Shown here piece by piece: positions 12,969 to 28,342 of a stretch of DNA of 64,000 nucleotides. Position 1 is the stretch's first letter. Every line of letters starts with the position of its first letter. The stretch covers positions 684,435 to 748,434 of the forward strand of contig NW_008805072.1 of NCBI RefSeq assembly GCF_000004825.1. Reading direction: 5' to 3'. A program made the translations under genes and the position numbers. Origin of the DNA: Heterostelium pallidum (Eukaryota). A model generated the notes under the pieces. That model was not told the origin of the DNA, searched no databases, and worked only from the letters and a program-made list of their open reading frames with translations.

Positions 12969-13837
12969 CTATAATAATAACCATTTAAATTTATAAATCT
13001 AAACTTATTTTGTTTTGTTTTATAATATAAATAAAGAAACATGTATAAATCTAAGACTATAAATATATATATATATATATATACTCAAAAATAATAATAT
13101 ATATTTGGTATTGTTTTATTATGGAATTGGAAATTGAGTATACAATGTTTTAAACATGGTCGATGATAGTTAACTGGTCTTAAAGAAAGAACACTCAATG
13201 ATGTTGATTGAATCATTAACTAACTATGATTGTTATTATAATTATTGTTGTTGTTGTTGTAGGTTGAAAAGATTTATTTGATTTATTCAATCCAACTTGT
13301 TGAAATGGAATCTTGCTTATATATATATAATATAAAATACGAGTTGACTTACATTGATTATTGTCTACAATCTATAAATAGTCTTTACAGTTGAACTTAA
13401 ATCACCAACTACTTTTGTGTTTTGTAACGATTCCTTTGGAGTAAATAAAACATTCTCTTGTCTATCCTTATGATAGGTAAGTGATTTAATTAAATTTCCT
13501 ACTGATATATTGAATGCCAATCTACTAGATTCTAACAACTATTAATAATTTAAAAAAATAAACAATATATTAATTAAAATGCTATAAACTTTATCAAATA
13601 ATAAAAATATAAATAAACTAATACTTACAGAATCAGGACATAGATCACTTAATGTTCCACTATAATCATTATGTTTTGGTTCATTGTTCAAAAGGAAATC
13701 TGTAGACAAACTATTCAAAGTTAAAAATGGTATTTGGATTGTACAATCACTTCGATAGATTGCATGTAGCTATTAAAAATAATCACGGATATATTTGTTG
13801 TTAGTTGATATACTAAATTAATTGCGATAATATTATA

Positions 13838-15936
<2,099 letters not shown>

Positions 15937-18900
15937 CCCCTATCAATTTACTGTCACAACAATCTATCTATCGATCTAATCTATCTATCTATCTAACTAT
16001 TTAGTAGCTTACTAACTAAACCAAACCAAACTAAACTAAACTAATTATTTTTAACTTTTACTTTTTTTTTATTATATTATTATTGTTATTATTATTACTA
16101 TTTATATCTAAATTATCTATCTATCTATCTATGCTATTTAAAAAGAACTATTTATTAAAACAATAAAATTAATAATGATTGATTTATGATTTATGTTTAT
16201 TTTGATTGACTATATAATTATACAAAGTATGATATATTAATATGGTGATTTCTTATGATTGATGATTTATATTTAAATATAATATGATATGCAAATGTAT
16301 GATTATTATAAGAAAAACTGTTTCATTAATATAATCGGGTAATATATCCTTTTTTAAAAATATTTATTAATAAGGTAATGAAAACGATAAAGATTACAAC
16401 GAGACGATGAGGTAATAATTATCAACAAACACGACGATGCAAATTAATTAAGATCTTAATTTGATGATGATGTCGATGTGGATGGTGATGTTCGTTTTCG
16501 TTGTTGTACTATTTCTAAAAGTAACTAAATTAATGAACTATATATTATTATAAGATTTGAAAATAGTGTGGAGTGTGTTTTTCTTTAATTGATTATGATA
16601 ATAGTTATTTTTATTAGCTAATGGTTTTTTTGTTTTTCAATTTAAATTGTAAATTATTTTTCCTTTTTTTTTTTTATCAATTTTTGTGTTTTTTTTTTTT
16701 TGGTTTTGTAATGTTGTTTGTTGGAGGGGCAACCATGCACACAGGTCATAACAAAAATCTAAAAAATAAAAAGAAAACAATTTAATGTGCAATCTAGATT
16801 CTAATCATTCCTACCAATCACAGTCGAGTCGATAGATAGAATCATTAATTTAATAAATGAAACAGTTTATGATTTTCCGACAAATTATAAAGTAAAGATA
16901 TTGACCACCATTTGTTATTGTAGATAGATTATACTTTAAAATTAATTCTAGAACTTACTTTAGTTTTGTAATGTGATTATAATTATGTAATTATATTATA
17001 TTATAGAAGGGTTGAAGCAATTCTCTGTAATTCTTGTTTCTGTTTCAATAAATAAAATGATTTTCTTTCTTCTTTTTTTAGTGAATGAGTTGTTGAAATG
17101 AATGAAAATTTTAAAATTTTCATTTAAAATGATAAAATGATAAAATGATAATATTAAATAAATAAATATTAGTATTATTATTAGTAGATAAAGAAAGATA
17201 AGATATAGTATTCTATTTTCTTTTTCATAAATATAAATATCATCAACCAAAAAGAACAAGTTAAACATTGTTGTTTTATCAATTTTTATGCACCACCAAT
17301 CATATCAACAACAAAAGCACCCTTTACCAACCAACAACTTAATAAAAACTCACCACAACACATTGATTGATTATTTATTAATTGTTGATTTATCAAAGAT
17401 TTATAATGCATAGTTAAAGTGTGTGTGTGAATGTGTGATTGTTAATGTCTATCAGTATAGTCATGCTACTGATATGTTATGTTGATACAATCTATTTATA
17501 TATAATTATAGAATTAAACAATATTGCATTAAAATAGTAATAAATCAAATTATAACTAATCAAATATAATTAATACATATAAATTTCATCAAATAAATGG
17601 AGAGGACAGAAGGTAGAGAGAGAGAGGAATGAGTTTAAAGACAACCCAATAAACAACACACCACTTCAGGACATCAACACGCGTATATATAACACCACCT
17701 TAACACTAAACCACTAAAACACCGTCGTAAAAACACGAAAACACACTCACACACTTAGACAGACATAAACACACAAACCAATTTCAGAATCACCATATAT
17801 ATGATTTTATTTTTGAACATAAGACAAATATGGAATAAACATACCATACCAATATATATATTCCATTTTGATCATCATCTTCATTTCTTGAAGTTAATAT
17901 TAACATTCATATGAATGTTAATATAGAATATGTTGTTGATCACACACAGTTATTGTCATCAATTAAAACAAGCAACATAAAAATTTAATTTTATCTGTTG
18001 GTTTATACAACAATACAAAATCCGATTGATCTAAATAAATCGTATCCATACAACAAAATGGGAACATTCAATCACTCAATCAAAGAATTGAATACAATCC
18101 CATTGATCAACGTAATCTTTGTTTTAAAATTAAAATGTATTTTATTTTATTTTATTTAAAAATTTCAACATAAATAGTATTAGCTTTGATAGTCCGAGAT
18201 TAATATTCTTTTCATTACATTCAAATAATTTAAATATAAAATTTAAGTTTAAATTATCAACCCGATAACCTTTAAAAATTTGTAACACCTCATCATCAAA
18301 ATCCGATGTAGATTCAGATTTTCTTGTTGTTTTTGTTTTTTTGTAAAAACTTTTCCGTTCCTAAAGGCGAAATTAAAAGTTTTAAAGGTTGTTTGCAATT
18401 GGAGGTGTGGTGTTGTTTGTCTTTTTTTTTGTTTTTTCAACAACCTGTTGGACATTGATGTAGGTGTGTCTGTGGTCCAGTTTTCACCAGGCAGCTATCG
18501 ATATTTTCGTTGTAAATTTAGATTAATTTGAATTGTTTGTTGAATACGGAACTAATAATAATTTAGTGTGGGTATTGCAACCAACCTTTGCATTGAAGGA
18601 TCCTTGCTTTGCAAAAAATCAATGAGCTGACACAACATTATATAGAGCCAAAATGGAAATTGTTGTTATTAAAGTATTTAATCAGGCAATTATTAAGCAA
18701 TAACACATCAACATCATACATAAAGTTGGTAGGTTAGCGGTTACTGCAATCATTTGATATCACTATCACCTGCTACAATATTGATATCATTTGCACACGA
18801 TGATCGTCAATAGGCAATAGCATTCTTTGCTCCTACCTACTAAAGTCATTAGGATTTTTTGATTGTGAATGATCCTACTCATCAGACCCTTTCTTTTTTT

Positions 18901-19137
18901 TTTTTTTAACAATATCCTACAACTTAATCAACATCATTTGTACAAATTCAATTCTAATTATTAATAATAATAATTATCACTATATATATATAAAATTTAT
19001 TTATTTATTTATTTGTATATTTTTAAATTTAAATAAAAGATTCGGATTGATTAAGAGAAAAGTAATATTCTTTTCATTGTTGAATAACAACAAAACTTAC
19101 TCAATCAGATAAAAAAAAAAAAAAAGAAACAAAAAAA
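15937..19137. other. 3.2-kb gene-free AT-rich divergent intergenic region between the kinase and Frizzled-like genes, with CA-rich and GC-rich islands at 17570-17790 and 18590-18890
   Basis: No ORF has codon-like composition. The islands are strand-asymmetric C+A-rich (ggagaggacagaaggtagagagagagagg...cacacttagacagacataaacacacaaacc) against an ~85% A+T background. Confidence 0.5.
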
Positions 19138-21313
19138 ATGTATTGTAGTCATCTAAACTTATTTATTAAACTTTCACTTTTGTTGGTGTTGTCACTTTTG
19201 ACTACATCTACAAACTCACAACAATTTTTTTATACACTTGACCCTAATGCTACCTGTGAGCCTTGGGTTGGACACTCTTTTTGTACTGGATTAATTAAAA
19301 ATCCAAGTAAGTATCTTTTATTCACATCAATGTATACATTCCATTTATCTAATAGAAAATAGGTTCTATATATGTTTCAACCAGTAGATCACAAAGTGTT
19401 ATGGTTTCTCAAATCGATTTGATTCAGAGCTATTATAATGCTGCCACTTCACAATGTTTGGCTGATGACAGCAACAATCGAAAGTTTTTTTGTAATGCTG
19501 TCTTTCCAGAGTGTAAACCTCAAGGCTTGCCCAATAACAAAGTTATAAATCTAGGTGTTGGTGTTTGCCAGGCCAACTGTAAGCATGTCTCTGACTTGTG
19601 TATACCAGCTGGTCTTAATTTAGATGAGATAAATTGTGATCTAGTAAACTCCCAGAATATCTATAACTATCCACCCAACTACAATCAATATGATCTCAGT
19701 TCATACGGTGGACCGGCCAATGTTCAAGTGCAATGCTTGAATTCCTCCTCGACCGCACAGAATGGAACATTAGCACCTATCAATGGAACATGTCCCGATC
19801 CTTTGATTCATCATGTTACTAAAGACCGACAATCAGATCTCGATAAGGGATACTATCTTTTGGAGGGAATCGATTGTCTGATGCCATGTCCAGCGCCATT
19901 CTTTACACATAGTCAATGGAGTAACATGAGATTAATGATTAGTATTGTTTCACCTGTATGTCTGCTAATTTTAAAATTAATACTTTTAATTATAGTAGTT
20001 CTTACCAACTTTTTTCTTTTAGATATCATTTTTCTGCATTTCAATGAATTTAATAACTTATGTTGGATTGAATAGAAAATTTGATAGGCATGCATTTGGA
20101 ATTATATTTCTTTCATTCTCAGTGTTCTTGATGACTTTGTCAGATTTGATATTTATTGCAGGTGGATGGGATTCTATTTGTCCAGACCCAGGAAGATTTG
20201 CTCGTCAATCTGACAGTAGTTGTGCTGCTGCCGGTTTTATTTTTCAATATGGTGTTGTATCTGCAATGCTTTGGTGGGCATCAATGGCATTTGATTTATG
20301 GTTAGTCATCAGAAAAGGTAGGTAAAAAGAAACAATAATAATTAACAAAAATTTTACTAAAATAATTTCTATTCTTCAAGTTCAAAATGTTAAATCTTAT
20401 GTTAGATATTATATTAGTACTATCAATGTAATTGCAATCGTTTTGGCAATTGTACCTATTTTCGGTAAACAATATGGTTATGCTGTTGGTGGATTAGGTT
20501 GTTGGGTAATGGATGATGCTTGGCAGAATGGTGTATTTTGGATTCCTTTGTGTGTCTGTCTGTTTGTCGGTATTTCATTTATCTTTTTAATCTGTTTTGA
20601 AATCTATAAGGTAATTAATGATCATTAAGAATTAACAGGTGTAAATACATTTTATTAATATTAATTTGAACTTGCTTTTATTATTTATTTTCTACTGATA
20701 GATTGTAACAGCAGTCTCAAAAATCAATGGCAGAAGTAGTAAAATGAGAATTCTGAGAATGAATATAAAACCATTTATCATAGTATTGTTTATATTCTCT
20801 CAGTTTATGTATTGTTTCATTTACCATTTCTATGTTCAAGATAATATGGATCGTTACTATAATAACATGGCAGACTATGTGAAGTGTCTTGTTTCTACCA
20901 AAGGTGATCCAGCGTGTGCATCTCATGCCATTACAGTTCCATACAAGAGTCAAATAACATTCCTCTTCTTCCTACGTATCTTTGGTATTGAAATTCTTTT
21001 TTTCTATGGATTCACCAAGCGTACCAAAAAGATATGGTTACTGTCACCCGTCTTTAAGAACAGATTTGTCGAACTCATTAAGAAATGGGCACCTTCATTC
21101 TTCAGTGTCAGCTCAATCACCACCAATAACTCGAATCTCAACACAACCACCGATGGAGTCACTCAGCAAAATACTGTAGCCAACAGCTCCATTCAACTAT
21201 CAGTGTCTGGATCAATGAGAACCAGTCAAATTTCAATGGTAACTTTAAATAGTAACATTGCAAACGACGAAGAGGAAGATAGAGAGAATAGCGATGAAGA
21301 TGAAGATGATTAA
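19138..21313 (+). CDS. Frizzled/Smoothened-like 7TM receptor with an N-terminal Cys-rich (Frizzled-type) domain; CDS join(19138..19306,19363..19955,20023..20317,20381..20610,20702..21313)
   Basis: Signal peptide MYCSHLNLFIKLSLLLVLSLLTTS. The ectodomain is a 10+ Cys CRD-like region. Seven TM segments align to FZD TM1-7, for example AAAGFIFQYGVVSAMLWWASMAFDLWLVIRK. A juxtamembrane KTxxxW motif (FTKRTKKIWLL) follows TM7. Introns are 56-91 nt with GTAAGT, GTATGT, GTAGGT and GTAATT donors; phases were checked. Confidence 0.8.
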
Positions 21314-21400
21314 ATAAATAAATAAAAAAAATAATAAATTAGTATTTGTTATTTTTCTTTTTCTGGATAAATGATATGATATTTTTCTATGATTTTATTA

Positions 21401-22894
21401 TTATTTTCCAGTTTTGAAAGCTGGAAATCCAGTTATTTCTCTACCGGTGATCAATGTATTGATATCGTAGGTTCCTTCAAATGTATGTACAGCCTCCATA
21501 TCTACAAAACTTCTGGCAACACCAAAGTCGGTGACTATTCCATTGCCACCGAGCAATTCTCTGGCCATTGAGACTACTTGACGACCGTGTGATGTGTTGT
21601 GTGCTTTTAACAATCCAACTTGTCCGTAGGTAAGCTTATTTTGATCGAAAAGATGTGATATTCTTAGAGTCATAAGTGACATCGATTGAATGATACCGAG
21701 CATCTTTACCAAGCGCTCTTGAACCAATTGATACTTTGCCAGCGATTGTCCGAATTGCTTTCTCTCTTTTACATATTTAATACAACTTTCATAGGCAGAG
21801 CAAGCGATACCCAAAGCTATCCAGCTAGCAACGATTCTGGTAAGGAACAACGATTTGCCAGGTCCACTTCCAAAGTCTTTGGCTAAAGGTAATCTATTTT
21901 CATCTGATAATATACAATTCTTTAAATAGATATGTCCACTGTATTTTATAATAATATAAATAAAGTATAATTAGCTATTTGTTTCTAATTTTTTTAATGA
22001 AATATTTTACTTACTTTTGTACCATTCTCAATGCAATCTTATTATTTATGGTCTCAACAGTCATTCCAGGAGTATTCTTTTCAATGACGAAACCATTGAT
22101 TAGTTTGGTGTCTGTGTTTCTTGCCCAAATGATAACAACGTCTGCAAATGGAGCATTTCCAATCCAACGCTTCTCACCGTTCAAAGTCCAGGTTCCATCC
22201 GAGTTCTGTTTGGCTTCACAGAAGAGACCGGCGGCATCACTACCAGCATTGGGTTCTGTTAGACCGAATGCACCAATCTTTTCCATCGATGCCATCTTTG
22301 GTAAGTAATATTGCTTCTGTTTCTCACTACCACAATAGTATATTGGCAACATCGATATAGTCTGTAAAATACCAAAGAAAGTAGCGATATCCGCACTCTT
22401 CTTTGCAAATTCGAAAGCAATCAATCCACATGAAACTGCATCAATACCCTTAATTGATTATAATGTTTTAATTATTTAATATTTAATTAGTAATTAATTA
22501 AGGTTTTCAAAAATAAATGGTTTCAAATTTAAACATAAGCATACAGGACAAGAATAACCTTTAATATTTGAACCAGCCCAATTCAATTCTTTGAGTTTAG
22601 GTAGTAAATGCATTGGAAACTCTGCTTTTTCATAGTATTCATTTACCTATTTCGTAATACTATATTAATATGGTTCAAACAAACTAATAAAAAGGTACTT
22701 ACAATAGGTTGTATATGTTGTTCTGCAAATTGTTTAGCTTTGTTTCTAATGTCCAGTTGATCATTGCTAAGTAGCTGTGTAATACTGTAGTAATCTAGAG
22801 AATCAACATCATTACTTTCAGTGTTTGAACTGACTTGATTTGTTTGTAAATGATCAGATAATACTGATAACCTTCTATTAATTTGATCTTCCAT
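21401..22894 (-). CDS. gcdh: Glutaryl-CoA dehydrogenase, mitochondrial; CDS join(22703..22894,22545..22646,22015..22448,21401..21938)
   Basis: Collinear with human GCDH across all three acyl-CoA dehydrogenase domains, for example FGLTEPNAGSDAAG...KRWIGNAPFADVVIIWAR and ARELLGGNGIVTDFGVARSFVDMEAVHTFEGTYDINTLITGREITGFPAFK. There are three introns with GTAAGT, GTATGC and GTAAGT donors. Confidence 0.9.
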
Positions 22895-23153
22895 TATTAC
22901 TAACTATTAATAACTACAATAATCAAAAAATGAAATGTTGATTATGAAATGTTGTTGTTGGATTTAAGAATAAAAAACATAAAATTTAATAAAAATCTAG
23001 ATTTTTTTTATAATTTTCTACAAATTTATATATTACAGAGAGTTTACGTATTCTACACTTTCTTTATATAGAATCAATCAAAGTTATATCAATATTTTTT
23101 TTAACAGATAAAGTTTTTATTTTAAATATTTCAATTGGTTTTGTTTTTTTTTT

Positions 23154-26100
23154 TTAATATGTGTGTAGGAGTGACAATGAATCAGCAGCCTTCTTCCTTA
23201 CCAATGGTGATTTTTCAGAAAGCAAAGAGATGAGTGATTTGGTAATAATTGTTGGATTAATGGTTGTAGTGATTCTCTTATCTTCAGAGAGATTACCCAA
23301 AATGAATCCAGTTAGTGTTGCTGCATTTCCTCTGAGTACTGTCCAATTACTCTTATAGTATTCAAGTGTTGTCATAATAAAGTAATTGATTCTATCAATA
23401 TACAAAGCAATCTGCAGAAATAATAAATAAATAAACAAACCAACCAACCAATTAGTTTCAATTGCTTTAAAACAACAATTATATGAAAATATATTAATAA
23501 TTACCAATAACTTTGAGAATTCATCCAAGAACTCATCATAATCAAGTGAACCATCGACATCAAAGTTTCTTCTGTGGAAAAATATCTTGGCTTCTTCGGT
23601 TCTGAGGAGTTTAGAGAGGTGACGCAAAGTAACTTTACAGGCATCACGAACCAATGGACTCTCATCGTTGAGATGCATTACAATTGCCGGTAGATTGTAG
23701 TGAATCTGTTCATAGAATGGATCTGCAGCCATTCCCGAACCGAATCTCCAGAGACTACCAAAGAGGGTGAACGATGCTGCACGGATTTCATTGTTTGGTT
23801 TCTCGAATGCCGGTTTGATACGATTGCAAATGTTGACGAGAATCGGGGCGACACGAGATTCATTGACGAGTGTGAAGATCTTTGAGAGACCCAACATCGA
23901 TTCCATTGCCATGACTTCGTCGGCGTCGTCGATCGACGATGAAATTGCATCGATAACGGTTGGTGCATAACGGTTGGTCTGCTCCTCGCCGGCACTGACA
24001 ATGTTCGATAGACCCTTGAGTGAGATCAACTTGACGGCTGGCTCTACCAATGCATTCAACAATGTGTTGATGAGACGCTGGAGTAGCTCTTTGTCTTTGG
24101 TGTGGTTGATCAACTCTGAGAAGACAGCGATAGTGATGATACGTTGAGGAATATGATTGGCACGTTGATAGGGGATCAGGTATTCAAAGACACCCTTGAT
24201 GAGATCGGGATGTGCTATGGCGAATTGTGCTGTGATCTCCTGGATGGCGACGTGGTAGGTTGGTGTTTCGAGTCCGGTCATGCTTCCCTTGGCCTCGATG
24301 GCCTCGAGAATCTCATCTTCCTTGGTGCACTTGAAGAATTGACGGAATGAAGCAACCAACTGTTGCGAAGGAATGATCTGAGTTCCTTTGGCCTTTGGGT
24401 TGGATGCTGGTGGGTCGATAGTTGCTGGCAGCGAGTTATTGGTGGTACCGGCACGCAATGCCAACGTGGAGAACAACTGGCAGTAGTAGGCACCTGCAAC
24501 ATCTGCAAAGTCCTCAACCTGAAGAATCTCACCAATCGAACAAGTGGCAGCCAACGCAACCAAATATGGTTGTGGAATTGTCTTTTTCTTATCCTTTGGA
24601 TCTGGTTTATCTTCATAGACCGGTTTATTATTCAAAAGATCCATCAAATGAGTGATTGTTGGTACAACTAAATTCTTATCCTTTGCAATGATTTGTAAAG
24701 ATTTAATAACATGACTAAAATTAAATTTGAAATGGTTTGTTAATAAATAAATCTAACTAACTAGATAGATATATATATATATTTACATTGTATGTGGCAT
24801 TGGGAAATCAAGTAATACAGTAAGTACTTCAATGAGATGATGATTTGCAAGTGAACGAAGTGATACGAGTGTACCGTTCATGGTTGTGTCAGAGGTGATA
24901 CCTTCCATGGAACCAAGTAAACCTTTAACAAGTGTTGGTACGTAGTCAATCAATTCACCACCACGAGATTTAATGAGACCGTTAATCATAATACATGAAC
25001 CATTGGTACTGAATGTTTGAAGATCTTGTAGACCCTTCAATGAGCACTCCAAGAACTTTGGAATCTCCTCTAAAACAATCATCTTTGAAATGATACCAGA
25101 GATTTCAAATACCAATGTAAATTGTTCGTTGACATCAGTAGTTGTAATACTCTCTTTAATCTGTGTCAATGGATGAATAATATCGATTGGTTTAACTCTA
25201 CGAACTTCATGTGTAGCATTCTTTAACATATAATCGATATCTATATATCGTTTTTTTTATAAACAAACATCTATGTTAATAAATAATAATAATATTATTA
25301 TTTTCTGGTATACTTACATAACATTAATTGAATTGATTCAACAGCGTATTTACGAATGATTGACTCTGGATCAGTACATCTTGGTGTTATGATGGCCATT
25401 GATGCACCAATGTTTTCAAACTTCTTATCGGTTGGTAGCTCCTCGGATTCAGTTGAGTATTCAATGTACTTTTTGACGAGATATAAGATACAAAACATTG
25501 CTTTCTCACGAAGATGTGATTCCTTTGAACGTGACAATGGGTCGAGATACTGAATCAAACGATTCAAACAAGCGATGGTTGGTTGATTGAAAAGGATGGT
25601 TGAGAAGAGGTTGTTGATTGCCGTTATCATTTGGTTGACTTCGGTTTCGTCGGATGGTGTCTGTCCGTTTGGTTGGGTGGCGTAGAACTGAAGGAGCAAG
25701 TTGATCACCTGTGTCTCGAGTTCCAATGGAACCATTGGCTGCAAGTTGATCAGAGTGGAACAAGCGTTGACACCGTCGATCTTGACCTGTAGGTTGACAG
25801 AGGGTGGTGGTGTACTCATATAGCTGAGAAGCAACTTGAACATCTCATCACGCTGCTTGAAAATATAGTTTGGAATCTTGTCGGCGTGCAACGCCTTACC
25901 AATGAAATCGATCATCTTGATTGCCGAGATCTTCTTGGGTGGCTTCTTCAAGAGCGTAATCGAAGGTTTGATTGGATTCAACATGTGTACTTCGACACGC
26001 GACGACAACAACGATGGTTGAGCATAGGTAGCTGCATATGCCAAACTCAACAACACACAATTCTTTATACCTTTTGGTCCAGACTTTTTAAAGAATCCAC

Positions 26101-28342
26101 CTTTCTTTGCCATAGAATCTAAATAAAATAAATACAAACACAATGAATAATGTTAGAACTATATAGTTGTTTCTCCTTCTACAATCTGTTAAAAACCAAA
26201 TAAACTCCTCTTACTCTTTATGAAGAAACCGATTTTCTCTAATAGGATATCGAAATGAGATGCAGCACAATAACCAAGACCAATTGCACAACCTTCGTTT
26301 TCAAGTGGGTTGGTGTAGTCGACAGAGTTAAACATCACTTCGATCTTTGACTTTACGAATTCCTTGTGTGAGCATTTCTGCATGATAAGACCGAGTTGTT
26401 TGTAGAGCGAACGCTTCAGGATTGGATCACGTTTGTAGTGATCGATTTGGTCGGCCAGAGCACTACCGAGAGCGACAGTCCACTCGTCGTCAGCGGCATT
26501 CTTGATTGTCTCTGAGAGCAAACGGAGAACCAATTCCTCCCATTGGTTACGATTGAATTGTTCGAGATCGGGTTGGTCAGTGAGGAAATTAGCGAGTTTC
26601 GGTAGTGTTACATCCCACATGTCGCAAATCGATGGATGTAGAATGGGACCGATGGCACGCATCGCCTCCAGGATTCTGCTACCGAGCTCACCACGACGGT
26701 GTGGAGTTGTCAAGAGTACAAAATAACGTGCTATGATCTGTGTTGGTTTTGGAAGATTAACTTCCTTGTCGAAATCGATGTAATAGTCCTCTGCTTCGGT
26801 CTCACGCTTATTCCACGCGATATGACCGAGACAACGCGCAACCACTGCTGCCGCGCCAGTCAAATCGACTGGTGTCACCGACTCAAAGAGATATGGCCAC
26901 AGTACCAAGTCCATATCGGGAATGGTTGTAGTAATCAAATGTAGGATATCGTCACAAATCTTTCTAAATTCAACCTCTGTAACGGTCTCTAGTGGGTCGA
27001 CCTTCTTCTTCTCCTGTGTTGCCGGTGCAGGCTTGCCAATCTCGACGTCGGTTGAGTAGCTCGATCCACGAATAATAAACTCAATGAGACACTCTCCACC
27101 TTGCAAATGAATGTAACGATGTGATGCCATGGCAATAACTGCCTGTGCCAAGTGTTTCTTGACAAACAACGATGTCTCTGTTTGAACGAGTGGCTTGACC
27201 GCCGAGAGGATCAAACACTTTTTCTCCTCGCCAAGCTCATTGTCCAAACGTGTGATAATGTGACGCAAGATCGAGAGTGATCCACCACGCGAACGACTGT
27301 CCTTGATCTCCAAACGCTGCGATAAGAAGTGAACGAGTGGATCGGAGAATCCACGTCCGATAATCTCAAAGCAACGAAGTACTTCATTGAATGTCTTGAA
27401 CGACGATGGATTATTAAAGTCGGGTGTCACACAAACCAATGGATGCAAAGTCTGGAAGATCGCTGGAAGTTGTGGTTCCAGTTGGAGACGAAGATTGTGT
27501 TTGATGCATTGCTCGAGGATATTGGAGAGTGCCGAACACACTGGAAGCAAATCCTTCTCCTTCTTGAACATTGGTAGAATTCCACCAATCAAACGAGTGA
27601 CTTGTGCGTCGAGTTGCTCGACCGCCAAGATACCACAGATCGATCCAACCGCTTGGATGGTTACAAGACGTACTTTTTCATGATTGCTACTGAGCCATTT
27701 GCTGAAAATCAGCTCCATTGCCGGGTAGAACTCTGAGCTGAAGCTGTAGAGGTGAAGATTGGGGTCGGTGATGTTCGAGACGTATGCGACGATCGCCTCT
27801 GAGAAGTTGCCGAGTGCAGCAGCGAATACCCATTTGATGTTGTCGAGCTTGATCGATGCAAGCACTGGAAGCACACGCGACAATACGTCACGGATACGTG
27901 GAACCGTTGGAAGTGGATTCGACGCGATAAAGTCACCGAGTGTTTTCATGATGAAATAGTGTGGAATCATACCGGTTTCGAAACGTTTGACTAGCTCATC
28001 CATAATCTGTGTTGGGAAGCGCAGACCGAGTGACACCATCAGTGAGGAGGCCGCTTGCTGCCAGTCGGGCACGACGTCCTTGTCACGTGTCATCTCTGAG
28101 ATCGACATTGCGATCAGTTGCAGTGAGAGTGCCTCTGTAATGTCATCGCGACGCTCACCCAGAATCTGGTGAACCGACTTCAAGATGGTGACACGATGGC
28201 CCAGATCGATCTTTTGATTCTTATTGAGGTATTCGCAAGCCAATGCCAAAACAGTGTTTGGCTGACGAAATCCGATTTCATAGATCGATGCAATCACACT
28301 GTTACGTACACTCTCATCAGAGTCATTGGCTGAGAACAGCAA
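23154..28342 (-). CDS. Maestro HEAT-like repeat protein (MROH1/HEATR7A-like, >1650 aa); resolved CDS join(26215..>28342,25318..26118,24787..25240,23505..24714,23154..23411); the 5' exon(s) are not found
   Basis: Four long ORF pieces, in frames consistent with the inferred splicing, give about 1650 aa of HEAT-like helical repeats. Four introns of 96, 77, 72 and 93 nt (GTAAGA, GTAAGT, GTAAAT and GTAATT donors) restore one continuous frame. The upstream frame runs open to 28342 without an in-frame ATG, and the ATG at 28403 is in another frame. Confidence 0.72.

Noticed and set aside
12079-13042. Minus-strand ORFs (12079..12393, 12131..12355, 12409..12666, 12605..13042) rich in Ser, Leu, His and Ala
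   Set aside because: They lie antisense to the AT-hook gene's acidic/GAT-GAC and GCA repeat tracts. The composition is low-complexity, simply the mirror image of the sense repeats.
16996-18455. ORFs 16996..17268 and 18249..18455 (minus)
   Set aside because: Ile/Phe/Lys/Asn-rich translations of roughly 90% A+T DNA with no start context and no homology.
26502-28172. Several 60-100-aa + strand ORFs
   Set aside because: They are embedded antisense in the well-supported 717-codon MROH1-like exon.
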